Positions 25,600 through 39,497 are shown, counted from the first letter of the stretch. The stretch is DNA of 64,000 nt from Eledone cirrhosa (GCA_964016885.1 OZ024759.1:15996001-16060000); one strand, 5' to 3'. The notes: a model not told the origin generated them from the letters alone. Translations and numbers: made by a program.

Positions 25600-26482
25600 G
25601 GTGTTAAGCTGTTGCTGCGAGTCATACCTGTGTAGGGTTAGCAGCATTCTTAGAGGTTTAGATGACCTCCTATTAAATCAGCTGGCCTCCTTAAGGCTTA
25701 GCTGGCCTCCTGTGAGGTTTATTCGGGCCTCCTGTGGAGTTTAGCAGGTCTCCTATGCGGTTTAGCAGAGCTTCTATGAGGTTTAGTTGGTGTTGTGCGA
25801 GAGTACAACCCACCCACCCACCCACCCCTAGCGAGAATGGGCTTGGACCACTACATATAAATAGTAGCAGCCTGAGTAAGTGGGCAAGTTGGTACTAGAT
25901 CCACAGTTGGTGTGTTGATAGTCAAAGTTGGTACTAGTTCCACAGTTCATGTGTTGATAGTCAAAGTTGGTACTAGATTCACAGTTGGTGTGTTGATAGT
26001 CAAAGTTGGTACTAGTTCCACAGTTGGTGTGTTGAGAGTCAAAGTTGGTACTAGTTCCACAGTTGGTGTGTTGATAGTCAAAGTTGGTACTAGTTCCAAA
26101 GTTCATGTGTTGATAGTCAAACTTGGAGTTCAAGTCCACAGTCCGAGTTAGTGTGTTGGATTGTTGGTTCTTAAAAGACTATTGTTCCGTTACATGTGGT
26201 TATTGCCGTTTGTTTCGATTATATTGTTATTACACTGTTGCAGTGTATTTGTTTATCCATAAGGACATAACAGTTGGCCTTCTATGGAGTTTAGCTGGCC
26301 TCCTAGGAGGCTTAGCAGGTCTCTTAAGAAGTTTGGCAGGCCTCCTATGAAGTTTGGCAAGCCTCCTATGGAGTTTAGTTGGTCCCCTGTATAGGTTCAG
26401 TTGGCCTCGTGTGAGGTCAAAGCAGCCTCCTGTGAAGCTTAACTGGCCTCCTATGAAGTCAATCTGGCTTCTTATGAGGCTT
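25600..26482. repeat. 21-bp minisatellite (GTTTAGCTGGCCTCCTATGGA)n interrupted by a solo LTR
   Basis: Units at about 25600-25790 and 26273-26482; removing the insert restores a unit. Confidence 0.85.
25791..26272 (+). mobile_element. Solo LTR (482 bp) containing a 39-bp tandem repeat
   Basis: Termini TGTTGTG...CATAACA; 5-bp TSD GTTGG (25786-90, 26273-77); TATA-like ATATAAATA at about 25854; about 6 x AAGTTGGTACTAGTTCCACAGTTGGTGTGTTGATAGTCA at 25886-26122. Confidence 0.8.
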
Positions 26483-26782
26483 AACCCTCACAGCGGGTTT
26501 CTTCGACGTTCTAATAATAGGGTCCCATTTCTCTCGTGTCGTCATTTACCGGCAACGAACAGAGGTCAGGAGTTCAACCTTAAAGAGTGCAGGATACACA
26601 AGACATCCCTGTCGACGCTCCACCGCCTCTGGACTGGTATTTTACTTGTTAACCGTGAAAGTATGAAATGACTAGTTTACCTTCGGTGGGATTTGAACTC
26701 TGGATGCTGAGAAGCATCTAAAAATTCTGAAAGATGTTCTAGCCGTGGCTCTGACGACTTTCGACTTTCCTTATTCGCGAAC

Positions 26783-26842
26783 CTCTTCTTCTTCTTCTTC
26801 TCTTCTTCTTCTTCTTCTTCTTCTTCTTCTTCTTCTTCTTCT

Positions 26843-26876
<34 letters not shown>

Positions 26877-27420
26877 TTTCGTCGTCTTCTTCTTCTTGCT
26901 CTCCTCTTCCACCTCCTATTTCTTCTTCCTCTTCCTTCTGCTCTTTCTTCTTCTGCTTCTTATTCTAATTCTTCTACTACTATAACAACAACTACTACTA
27001 CAGCAACAACAACTACTACTACTACTACTACTGCCACCTACTACTATTACCACGACCACTGCCACTACTACTACTAATGCTACTACTACTACTACTACTG
27101 CCACTACTACTACCAATACTACTATTACTACTACTACTGTCACTACTACTACTACTACTAATGCGACTACTACTACTACTACTATTACTACTACAACTAT
27201 TACTACTACTACTAATGCTACTAATACTACTACAACTACTACTACCACTACTACTTCTTCTCCTCCTCCTCCTTCTCCTCTTTCTTCTTCTTTTTCTTCT
27301 TCTACTACTACTACCACTACTATTACTTCTTCTCCTCCTTCTACTACTACTACCACTTCCCCTTCTACTACTACTACTACTACTACTTATTATTATTATT
27401 ATTATTCTCCTTCTTCTTCT
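26783..27420. repeat. Compound (CTT)n/(CGT)n/(CTA)n/(ATT)n microsatellite
   Basis: Direct inspection. Confidence 0.95.
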
Positions 27421-27751
27421 TCCACCATCTTCCTTTGTTGTTAGCTCAGAGCAAACAGGTAACAGGTAAGTACGAAGTCAGAGACAAGAAACTCAACTAA
27501 GAGAAGAGAAGCCGACATTGAAAGCATATTTCACCTTCTAGCGAGTGGGAAGAAGCTAGCACGAGTTAGCACGTGACACCGTTACTTAGAAAAGATGAAT
27601 AATGGCCTTCTTCTCTCTCTCTCTGTCTATCTATCTATCTATCTATGTATCTATTTATCTACCCATCTATCTATCTCTCTTGTGTTAACTCTTTTTCTCT
27701 ATCTTTATCTCGCTATTTATCTATTTATCTATAAATATATGTATGTATATA

Positions 27752-27814
<63 letters not shown>

Positions 27815-27853
27815 CTCTCCCTCTCTCTGTATGTCTCTCTATCTTTATCTCTA

Positions 27854-27934
<81 letters not shown>

Positions 27935-27940
<6 letters not shown>

Positions 27941-28350
27941 ATGCTTTGGGAGGGTCATGTTGCCAATAAGAATACAAATACAAATATAAACACACACAGA
28001 CACCCGGATGTAACACATGCGCAAACTAAGCACACAACTCACACGAAAACAAGATGGCGTAGGACAGAACAAAGGAGAGGCACAAAAACAAAGAAAAGAA
28101 TCCCCAGTCACTGAAGAGGTCACAGAATGTGTGACGAAAGAACTTTGACAATATATGTACAACCGTCCGGTTGTGGAACTAACCAACCAACCGGAAATTT
28201 ATAAATTCTTAAATTTATAAATTTAACTTATAATAAATTGGAGTGAAAGCAACTGGTGCGTGTGTTTCTTATTGGCAACATGACCCTCCCAAAGCATAAC
28301 AATATCCGTTTCAACACACGTTTTCAGATAAAGAATCTTGCTAAACAAAT
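27935..28350 (+). mobile_element. PLE-like non-coding element with hammerhead and 37-bp inverted repeat
   Basis: ATTGTTATGCTTTGGGAGGGTCATGTTGCCAATAAGA (27935-71) is the exact rc of 28267-28303. Flanked by (TA)n. Same family as 10028 and 11414. Confidence 0.75.
28107..28149 (+). ncRNA. Type I hammerhead ribozyme (minimal)
   Basis: GTCA-CTGAAGA-G-GTCACA-gaatg-TGTGAC-GAAAG-aa-CTT-TGAC: stem I 4 bp, stem II 6 bp, predicted cut after CUU 28145. Confidence 0.72.
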
Positions 28351-28366
28351 TCAGAAACGAAATATA

Positions 28367-28418
<52 letters not shown>

Positions 28419-28762
28419 TATATTTCTCTTTCTCTCTGTCCCTATCTCTTCCTCTTTCTCCCTTAATTACTGTCTCTCTGTATCTTTCTTTCTCCCTCTC
28501 CCTCCCCCCCCCCTCTCTCTCTTTCTCTCTCTCTCTCTCTGTCTCTCTCTCCCCCTCTCTCTCCCTCTTTCACTCCCACTCTGAAAGATTTCAGCTGTGG
28601 TCAGTCATGGCAGTCATGGTTATGAAGTAGAAACACTGCCATGGGGATTATAAAATATCAAGATGGCGCGTCTACGACTCCACCGAGAACTGATGGCTGA
28701 AGGAGAAAGAAGGAAGAACGAACGAATGAACGAAAATAGAAGTTAGTAGTATCAAAAGAATT

Positions 28763-29118
28763 CACCACTACCACCACTGCCAACACCACCGCCATTACCT
28801 CCACCATCACCACCATCACCACCACCACCACTACCACCACCACCACCACCCTCACCACCACTATCACCACCACTACTACCACCACCACCACCACCACTAC
28901 CATCTCTCCATCACCACCACCACCAACATCACCACTACCACCACCACCACCACCACCACCATCACCACCACTACCATCTCTCCACCACCACCACCAACAT
29001 CTTCACCACTATCACCACCACTACTACCACCACCACCACCACCACGACCACCATCACCACCACTCCCATCATCTCTCCACCACCTCCACCACCACCATCT
29101 CTCCACCACCTCCACCAC
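28763..29118. repeat. (CCA)n degenerate microsatellite
   Basis: Direct inspection. Confidence 0.9.
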
Positions 29119-29412
29119 ACTTCCAATATGTTATTTCCAACATCATTCATATATAGGCCCTAGAGAGATTAAAACCCAATTTTCACTCACTTCCGAGAAG
29201 TATTTGATCTGAAGGTACTGAGAAAAGTAAATAATCTACGATATCAGCCATCTTAATTTTCATAAATCAATACAGATACAAATCTAAATTATCTAACTAA
29301 ATTATCTTTAGTTCTATGTTCTGCCAACGATTATGGATTTCTAATTAATAAACATATTAATTGATTTCTTTTGACAAAATCGTTCCTACAACAAAAATAG
29401 CTACCCATTATA

Positions 29413-29810
29413 AATTGTTTCTACTTTAGGCACAAGGCCAGCAATTTTTGTGCGGAAGGGAAAGTCGATTAAATCGACCCCAGTGGTATTTTATTTTATT
29501 GACCCCGTAGGGATGAATGGCAAAGTTAACCTCGGCGGGATTTGAACTCAGATCATAAAGGGCCGTAACTCTATGTTGCAAAGCATGGCGTCCGACCCTC
29601 TACCGATACTACCAATCCACCATTGTTTCTACTTTAGGCACAAGGCCAGCATATTTTAGGGGGAAGCGGAAAGTCGATTAAATCGACTCCAGTGCATTAC
29701 TGGTACTTTATTTTATCGACCCTGTAAAAAAGAAAGGCATAGTTAACCTCGGCGGGTTTTGAACTCAGATCGTAAAGGGGTGTAACCCTATGCCATAAAG
29801 CATATTGGTT
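29413..29810 (-). mobile_element. Two tandem Meta/MESC-like SINEs
   Basis: Two rc copies (about 29413-29620 near full length; 29621-29805). Confidence 0.9.
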
Positions 29811-31076
29811 TCTTATATAGGCACTGTACAGTGATTTTGTTTTTTTTTCTGAGACATTCTAACCACATGTCCATGGTATCAGAGCTGTGATCTCACAATT
29901 TGGAGAAGTAGCAGCTCTACTTGGAGCAACTTTCTTATCTCCAAGCTACGCACTCTATTCAGAACGTTACTCCAAAGACCCATAATTAAATAAGAAATAT
30001 TTATGCTGGAACCCAGTTTATATAAGAATATTTACGGTATATCTAAAGCAGATATAGATATTTTGTTATAATTAGAAGCCTACGTTTCAGCTTTCGAGAA
30101 AGATGGCTGTAAATGAGAAAGATATTATATTTGCTTTCATAGGAAAATGTCATGCTTTATTAAGCTTGAGCAAAATAACTTCTAAATCAATATCTTCTTC
30201 CGTATATATCCAGATATCTGCCTCTTAGCAATAAAATGGTTGAGAATTTGATTTAAAAGAGTTAGGTTAGTGTTAATATATTTTATGCAAGCAGTGTGAG
30301 TTCCCCACCTCTGAACTCATCCATCTTGTTCCTTGCTCCTTGTGTCTTACAACTGTGACCCATTTTTATCTTTCATAATTCGTAGCTGTAATTCTAGCCA
30401 TATATAACTACTTTAATAAATCATTTTTAGAAACACGCAAAAGAAAGTAATTACACGCGAAATATCAATAAACATATTGGTATTATACATAATACATAAT
30501 TAATATGTAGTATTAGCTGTCAAATATTGCCCCAGTAATAAGATGAAAACAAATGTTTAATTGCTATATCGATTACGATGAAGCTTTTGCAATATATTGA
30601 TTGAAATCTCCCCATTTAGTAAACGATAATGATTGTTGTCAATATCGTAATTGAGTGGTTGCCAAATATATTTTGTAGTATAACTCTGATACGATTTTTG
30701 CCCCAAAAAATGTGGAACCTATATCTATATTGTAATGACAATCTTCCCAACCATGATTTTAAGAAGCCATTAAATGAAAGAAAAATTGTTTTAGACGGAG
30801 AATTTTTGATATAAAAACATTTAATAAAATTCTATTGAATTTTATTAAAATATAACTTATCTCAAATAAACATTTTTACTGGTGCTTTTGTTATTCTATA
30901 ACTCAGTTCGTGGTTTCTGTCACCTTGATAATGTATTGAGCTTCCTATTGTGAATTCCTTGCTGGTTTACTGTCAAACCAGAATAAGAGTTATGATTGTC
31001 TATGATCATGTCTTTGGTTTTCTTTGCACTGACGTTGAGGCTAAGAAGCCAAGACCATTGCCATGGTCGCTAATCG

Positions 31077-31108
31077 TAACCTTAACCCTAACCTTAACCC
31101 TAACCCTA
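31077..31108 (-). repeat. Interstitial telomere-like (TTAGGG)n
   Basis: TAACCTTAACCCTAACCTTAACCCTAACCCTAA. Confidence 0.75.
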
Positions 31109-31154
31109 AGACTCTACAACTATAATTAGATCTACGTGCTTCTGAATGGTTGTG

Positions 31155-31300
31155 AGAATTTGTAGAATCAGTAGACAAGGTGTCAGTGGTTATATAGAGT
31201 CAGTAGACAAGATGGCAGTGAATTTGTAGAGTCGATGTACAAGATGGCGGTGGATTTGTAAAATCCAAAGACAATATGGCGGTGGATTTGTAAAATCAAT
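31155..31300. repeat. 32-bp tandem repeat (~4.5 copies)
   Basis: (G/T)ACAA(G/T) anchors at 31174, 31206, 31238 and 31270. Confidence 0.8.
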
Positions 31301-31427
31301 AGAATAAAAAAAATAGTTATCACAATCCTGGCGGTTCATGTACAGAGCGAGATATAGTTAAATAGAAACTATTCTTGGCATATCCCTATAAAATAAAGTA
31401 GAAGTATAATTTTTTATATATTAATAT

Positions 31428-31803
31428 GTGATTCCTCCGCAGGGTCTTTAGAGTAAGGTTACTCGATAAAGTGCGTAGTTCGGAGATGAGAGAGTCATTC
31501 TAGGTAGAGTCGCTACTTCTCCGAATTGAGAGATCACATCTCCAATACTATGGACATGTGATTAGAATGTCTCAGGAAAGAATCGCTGGACAGATTTTAC
31601 GGGCGAAACCAACAGGTAGGGGACCCAGGAGTAAATTCCGAGCAAGATGGTTGATAACATCCATGAGCTTGGCTGGTTATGCTTGGGGATCCAGCCGGAT
31701 CAGTTGGAGACGGTTGCTTCTGACAAGACCCGCTGGAAGTAGTGTTTAAGGACTCTACTCCCACAACCCTGTCAGGAATAAGTGGGCGAAGAAGAAGTAG
31801 AAG
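31428..31803 (+). pseudogene. RTE-clade LINE 3' fragment
   Basis: FLRRV....LDKVRSSE.RE...LLLRIERSHLQYYGHVIRMSQERI....L...PTGRGPR with stops and a frameshift; (GAA)n tail; 12-bp TSD ATATATTAATAT (31416-27, 31804-15). Confidence 0.88.
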
Positions 31804-32206
31804 ATATATTAATATATAATTTCTAAGTTTGGTACTGGGCTATTGGGAGAGTCGTTAAATCTACCCTAGTACTTCACTGATATACTATATTATATCGACC
31901 TCGACAGGATGAAAGGCAAAGGTGACCGGGATGGGATTTAAACTCAGAACGTAAAGAGCCATCAGTAAATGTCACAAAATATTTTGACCGACGTTCTACA
32001 GATTCTGCTATTCCACTATAAATATACAATTATAACGAAACGTTTTGATGCACCAGGCTTCTAAATGTTTTTTTCAAACTGATATTAATTTTACTTTATA
32101 TAGAAGAACAGTTTTTAAGAATTTGTAATTCAGTATTATATATATCTTTGTATGTGGGCTTAAGTATAAATATATACATGGATATATATATGTGTATGTA
32201 TTAGTA

Positions 32207-32289
<83 letters not shown>

Positions 32290-32618
32290 AAAATTAAAAT
32301 TAAGGGTTGTCATGTCTGAGAGATATGCGCCATATCCAGTGTAGAATAAGCTCAAAGATTAGATCCGAGCATTCTCCTTTGGTGAACATCCGAGAATTTA
32401 ACTACTGTGATTTACGGATTAATTGGTGAAATATATTTCTTACTTAAAGAAATATATACAAAGGAGATTAATCATTTTAAAAGGTATCTATATTTGAAGT
32501 TCTAGTTAAACTTTAATTAGTTACCTACCTAGCTATGTATGCTTACATTCTTTACAAATTATTCCCTGTGATTGTTTCATATGTTTATTTTATATATATA
32601 TGTCAATCTATCTCTAGT

Positions 32619-32666
<48 letters not shown>

Positions 32667-32704
32667 GTAAAGGTATATGTATATCTATATATATACATAT
32701 ATGC

Positions 32705-32761
<57 letters not shown>

Positions 32762-32769
<8 letters not shown>

Positions 32770-33440
32770 GAGATCAATATCCCAATAGGTACTAAGTACC
32801 CCTGGAAATATATAGGGTGTCTATGATACAGTGGTTGTTCTATGGTATTAATTTGACATACTAGAACTATAAAATTGAGATAAGCGGAGCAAGCAAGATT
32901 CAAACAATTTTTTTAAATAAATTAAAAAATATAATTCAAATATTCACCTATTCCTTTTGCTTTTACCGGCGGTTTCACTTCACAAAAGACTGGAAATCCT
33001 AGGGACTTCCAATGGAAATATTTAGATCTTCAGAAAGCATTTTCCCTACCTAGGACAAAAGTCCCAGGAACGGCAAAATATATTGCCACCTGCCAGCTAG
33101 CACATGATCGAATGAGGCCGTAAACTTGACCTGTGCATGAACCAGCCCTTAGTAGAAGCGGAAGTAAACATAGACGTGTTGTCTATCACGCCACTAAAAA
33201 TAGCAGCTAAATAAAACAACGGATTTGTTCTCTACATAACGGAGAATATATAAAAGGAGATCAATATCACCACAGGTACTAAGTACTCCTGGAAATATAT
33301 AGGGTCTATTGGAAGTCCCTAGGATTTCCAATCTTTTGTGAAGTGAAACCGTCGGTAAAAGCAAAAGGAATAGGTGAATATTTAAATTATATTTTTTAAT
33401 TTATTTATTTGAATCTTGCTTGCTCCGCTTATCTCAATAT
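32762..33440 (-). mobile_element. Retrozyme/PLE-like element: ~487-nt unit with terminal direct repeat, hammerhead and inverted copy
   Basis: Direct repeat 32762-32818/33249-33305 (offset 487); inverted repeat about 32874-33013/33308-33438; minus-strand hammerhead 32958-33039; (TA)n on both sides. Confidence 0.7.
32958..33039 (-). ncRNA. Type I hammerhead ribozyme with long stem II
   Basis: Minus: TGCTTT-CTGAAGA-[insert containing hairpin ATTGGAAGTCC/GGATTTCCAGT]-GAAACC-gcc-GGTA-AAAGCA; stem I 6 bp perfect; GUA triplet; base of stem II weak. Confidence 0.6.
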
Positions 33441-33542
<102 letters not shown>

Positions 33543-33589
33543 CATAAAATGAATAAATGAATAATCTACCCTATATATATACATAGACA

Positions 33590-33636
<47 letters not shown>

Positions 33637-33896
33637 GTATATATACATGTAGATATATATATGTATGTGTGGATATATAATGTATGTATGTATATATGTA
33701 TGCATGTGTGTATGTCTGTCTATATATGTATATGTGTGTATGTCTATGTGTGTATTCATATCAGGGCGTTATTGGTGACAATGAAAATAAAAGGCAAAAA
33801 AACATGGACGACACAAAAGGAAAAACCATTATTTTCCGGTGTGAAATGGAAATCACGTCAATATTGTTTCTTAATATGTTCTTAGTCCGTCATTGC

Positions 33897-34285
33897 TAGA
33901 GAGACAGAGAGGGGTGGGAGAGAGGGGTGGGAGAGAGGGTGTAGGAGGAGGGGGTGGAAGAGAGGGGTGAAAGAGAGAGGGGAGTGAGAGAGAGGGTGTG
34001 AGAGAGAATGGGGTGAGAGAGAGGTGGAGAGAGAGATGGGTGTGTGAGAGGGGTGAAAGAGAGAGGGTGTGAGAGAGTGGGGTGTGAGAGAGAAGGGAGT
34101 GAGAGAGAGGGGTGAGAGAGAAGGGGAGTGAGAGAGAGAGGGGGTGAGAGAGAGAGGGGAGTGAGTGATGGAGTGAGTGTGTGGGTGACTGAGAAAGGGA
34201 TGTGAGAAGGGGAGTGTGGGGGAAGTAAGTAAGTGAGTGGGTGTGTGGGTAAGAGAGGGGGGGTGTTGGTGTGGGAGGGAGTGAG
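33897..34285. repeat. G/A-rich low-complexity tract
   Basis: GAGAGGGGTG-type units with many GGG runs. Confidence 0.85.
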
Positions 34286-34359
34286 ACTAGTATATACATA
34301 GACAGAGAGACAGACAGTGTGTGTGTGTGTATACATATATATATATATATATATACACT

Positions 34360-34442
34360 TACAAACATACTTACAGATATACATACATGCCTATATACAT
34401 ATATACATACATACATACTTACAGACATATATACATGCATGC

Positions 34443-34473
<31 letters not shown>

Positions 34474-34535
34474 CATACATACATACATACATACATACAT
34501 ACATACATACATACATACATACATGTATTCATACC

Positions 34536-34569
<34 letters not shown>

Positions 34570-34658
34570 CATACATGCATACATACATACATACATACAT
34601 ACATACATACATACATACATACATACATACATGCATGCTTACATACATACATGCATGC

Positions 34659-34689
<31 letters not shown>

Positions 34690-34767
34690 CATACATACAT
34701 ACATGTATTCATACCTACATACATACATACATACATACATACCTACATATATACATACATGCATACA

Positions 34768-34833
<66 letters not shown>

Positions 34834-35059
34834 CATACATAGTGAAATTATAAAACCAGAACATACATACATACATGCATTCATACATACATATATACAT
34901 GCATATATACATGCATATATACATACATACATATATACATGCATATATACACACATACATACATACATACATACATACATACATACATACATACATACAT
35001 ACATACATACATACATACATACATACATACATACATAGACACATACATACATACATACA

Positions 35060-35093
<34 letters not shown>

Positions 35094-35291
35094 CATACAT
35101 ACATACATACATACATACATACATACATACATACATACATACATAGTGAAATTATAAAACCAGAACATACATACATACATGCATTCATACATACATATAT
35201 ACATGCATATATACACACATACATACATACATACATACATACATACATACATACATACATACATACATAGTGAAATTATAAAACCAGAACA

Positions 35292-35325
<34 letters not shown>

Positions 35326-35531
35326 CATACATATATACATACATACATGCATACATACATACATACATACATACATACATACATACATACATACATACAT
35401 AGACACATACATACATACATACATACATACATACATACATACATACATACATACATACATAGACACATACATACATACATACATACATACATACATACAT
35501 ACATACATACATACATACATACATACATACA

Positions 35532-35562
<31 letters not shown>
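34360..35562. repeat. (TACA)n tetranucleotide array with embedded R4-type 3' stubs
   Basis: About 1.2 kb of (TACA)n; AGTGAAATTATAAAACCAGAA at about 34841, 35146 and 35269. Confidence 0.9.
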
Positions 35563-35563
<1 letters not shown>

Positions 35564-35635
35564 AATGAAGCAGACTTAAACATTCATTCTCATTATCAGC
35601 TAAACACTTTGCTTCTCAAAGTCACTCTCTCTCTT

Positions 35636-35676
<41 letters not shown>

Positions 35677-35724
35677 TTCAATCTATCTATCTAACTCTCA
35701 CGCATTCTCACTTTCTCTATCACT

Positions 35725-35802
<78 letters not shown>

Positions 35803-36269
35803 ATCACTCCCTCTTCCTTTCTCAACCAATCAATCTATCTATCTATCTCTCTATCTCTCTATCTCTCTATCTATCTATCTATCTGTCTATCAACCAACCA
35901 ATCTATCTATCTCTCTATCTCTCTATCTATCTATCCGCCAGTCTCTCACACATTCTCACTTTCTCGTCTGCTTTCTTCAATTATTTCGCAGTATTTCCTG
36001 TTCTCTCCAATGTATCGATTCGGTTGTATTTCTTCCTTGCAACCAGAGACGTAGAAGCCTCGTTTTCAACTAATTGCTTTCTGACGACACAAAACTGAAG
36101 AAAATATAAACGATGACGGTTGCTGCTTACAACCAAGCATACATACATGTCGACATACACATAAACATACATCTATATATATATATATATACTCGTATAT
36201 ATATATGTACATATATATGTACATATATAAATGTGTGCGTATAAAGAGACATATATGTTTGTGTGTGTG

Positions 36270-36342
<73 letters not shown>

Positions 36343-36548
36343 TTATTTATATGTATATGTATAAATATATATATTTATATATATTTGTGTGTGAGAGCAT
36401 ATAGAGAGACATATATAAACATACATATATATACACACACATATATATATATATATTTAGAGAGAGAGAGAGAGAGACGGGGAGAAAGAGATTTATATAT
36501 ATACATATATATATATATACATATACACATATATGTACATATATACAC

Positions 36549-36623
<75 letters not shown>

Positions 36624-36650
36624 CACACATTTATATGTATATATATATAC

Positions 36651-36693
<43 letters not shown>

Positions 36694-36728
36694 TTTATAT
36701 GTATATATATATATATACACATATATAA

Positions 36729-36837
<109 letters not shown>

Positions 36838-36991
36838 TAAATGTGTGTGTAAAGAGACACACGCATGCGCAAAGTCGTTCACTTATACGTAAGACAATTG
36901 GAAAATGTGAAAAGCGAGCAACACCATTTGTCAGAATAGACAACGATAATTACTAATGTGGCTCTAAAGAGGAAATGATTAAATAATTGGC

Positions 36992-37180
<189 letters not shown>

Positions 37181-37342
37181 CATATATATATACATATATA
37201 TATACATATATACACATATATATATACATATATATATACATATATATATACACATATATATATATACATATATATATACATATATGCATACATGTATATA
37301 TATATACATATACATACATACATATATATATGTATATATGTA

Positions 37343-37373
<31 letters not shown>

Positions 37374-37375
37374 CA

Positions 37376-37407
<32 letters not shown>

Positions 37408-37429
37408 CATACATACATATATATATGTA

Positions 37430-37481
<52 letters not shown>

Positions 37482-37509
37482 CATACATACATATATATAT
37501 GTATATATG

Positions 37510-37581
<72 letters not shown>

Positions 37582-37721
37582 TCTATCCCTCTCTCAATCT
37601 CTCACACTTTCTCTCTCTCTCTCTCTAATATATATATATATATTTGTATGTATATGGGTATAGTATATATAAATACATGTATATACATCTATATATATGT
37701 ATATATATATATCAGCATATA

Positions 37722-37800
37722 TTGGGTCGTCAAGTATGAAATTTGGAAACATTTCTAGAAACAAAACAAATTTCTACAAATTTCATACTTGACGACCCAA
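37722..37800. mobile_element. Tiny mariner-like MITE
   Basis: Perfect 24-bp TIRs TTGGGTCGTCAAGTATGAAATTTG (37722-45)/(37777-800) in TA context. Confidence 0.75.
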
Positions 37801-37872
37801 CATATATACATATATATGTTTATGTATATGTGTGAGTGTATGTATATATATATATTTATATATGTATGTATG

Positions 37873-37972
<100 letters not shown>

Positions 37973-38121
37973 TGTGTGTGAATATATATATACACTAAAT
38001 ATATATATATAACTAAATATATATATATATATAACTATATATATATTTAGTGTTTGTTATGTTTTTAATTTTAATACATAAAATAACAAGTCTATAGTCA
38101 AACCAATTTTGTATAAGCCTA

Positions 38122-38266
<145 letters not shown>

Positions 38267-38571
38267 TGACTATGTCTTTCTTCGTATGTATATACGAGTT
38301 CATGTAAGTGTGTATGTATGTTTTTTTTCTATGTGTGTGCCTATGTATGTGCCTATGTATGTGCCTGTATGTGTGCCAATGTGTGCTCATACGTTTGCAC
38401 TTAATATAACGTGTGTCTTTTAGAGTTAAATGTCTGATCGAACAACAAATAGTGACGGAATAGTACTTTGGTTTGTTTTTATGTGTGAGTTTCCGTGTGG
38501 CTAGGTATATGATTTCACAGCTTTGGCATCACTCCTTCACAGCTAACCAATGAAGTTTTGAGCCGACCCTC

Positions 38572-38608
<37 letters not shown>

Positions 38609-38653
38609 AATAGCTCGGAATAACAGAAAACAAAATACAGACAAACGCAGGAG

Positions 38654-38696
<43 letters not shown>

Positions 38697-38698
<2 letters not shown>

Positions 38699-38849
38699 CC
38701 TGCCAACCTCTAAAAACCCCAAAAGGTGCCCCAAAACGGGGAGAAATGAGGCAAAATGGAGGGATTTTAAATAATGAAAGTTATACCCATTTTCCCCTTT
38801 CATAAGAGAAGGCACCTCTCTCTTCCGACGGCGAGAGTTGTCAGGTCTG
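38697..38849. mobile_element. hAT-like MITE
   Basis: Imperfect TIRs GACCTGCCAACCTCT / GAGAGTTGTCAGGTC(TG); left end eroded by (TA)n. Confidence 0.5.
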
Positions 38850-38853
38850 ATGT

Positions 38854-38960
<107 letters not shown>

Positions 38961-38961
38961 C

Positions 38962-39095
<134 letters not shown>

Positions 39096-39285
39096 ATTAG
39101 TTCTTTCGTTGTTTTGGTATTGTATGGTTGGGTTTTGCCTACCGCAATTTTCAATTTGTCAAGCTATTTAAACGTAATCTTATTACTCTAAGGACATACC
39201 CTTATTGAGTGCTTTGCTACTCATTCCTTATTGTAAGTCCACTTTGCTTGGCCACAGCCAAAGCTTCGATTTTACTAAGCTTCCA

Positions 39286-39348
<63 letters not shown>

Positions 39349-39497
39349 TCTCTATACCAGCTTGTTTATAAGTTTTAATGCTTCTTGCTTTCCTCTCTTA
39401 TATCAATGTTAATATCTATTATTTATGCTTTCTTCCCACATGTAGTATTTCCAGAATGTTCTTTGACAAATTTATCTGTGTATTAACTTTTTATTTA

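Noticed and set aside
25886-26122. CRISPR-like array or 13-aa repeat protein (NFDYQHTNCGTST)
   Set aside because: Contiguous 39-bp units with no unique spacers, no cas genes, eukaryotic context, located inside an LTR.
27430-27472. Possible 21-nt microexon (..TTGTTAG|CTCAGAGCAAACAGGTAACAG|GTAAGT)
   Set aside because: The donor is good, but there are no partner exons or other support; such motifs arise by chance.
29874-29885. TGGTATCAGAGC primer-binding-site-like motif after CA
   Set aside because: Matches the plant-type tRNA-iMet PBS, but there is no LTR upstream or gag/pol downstream; probably chance.
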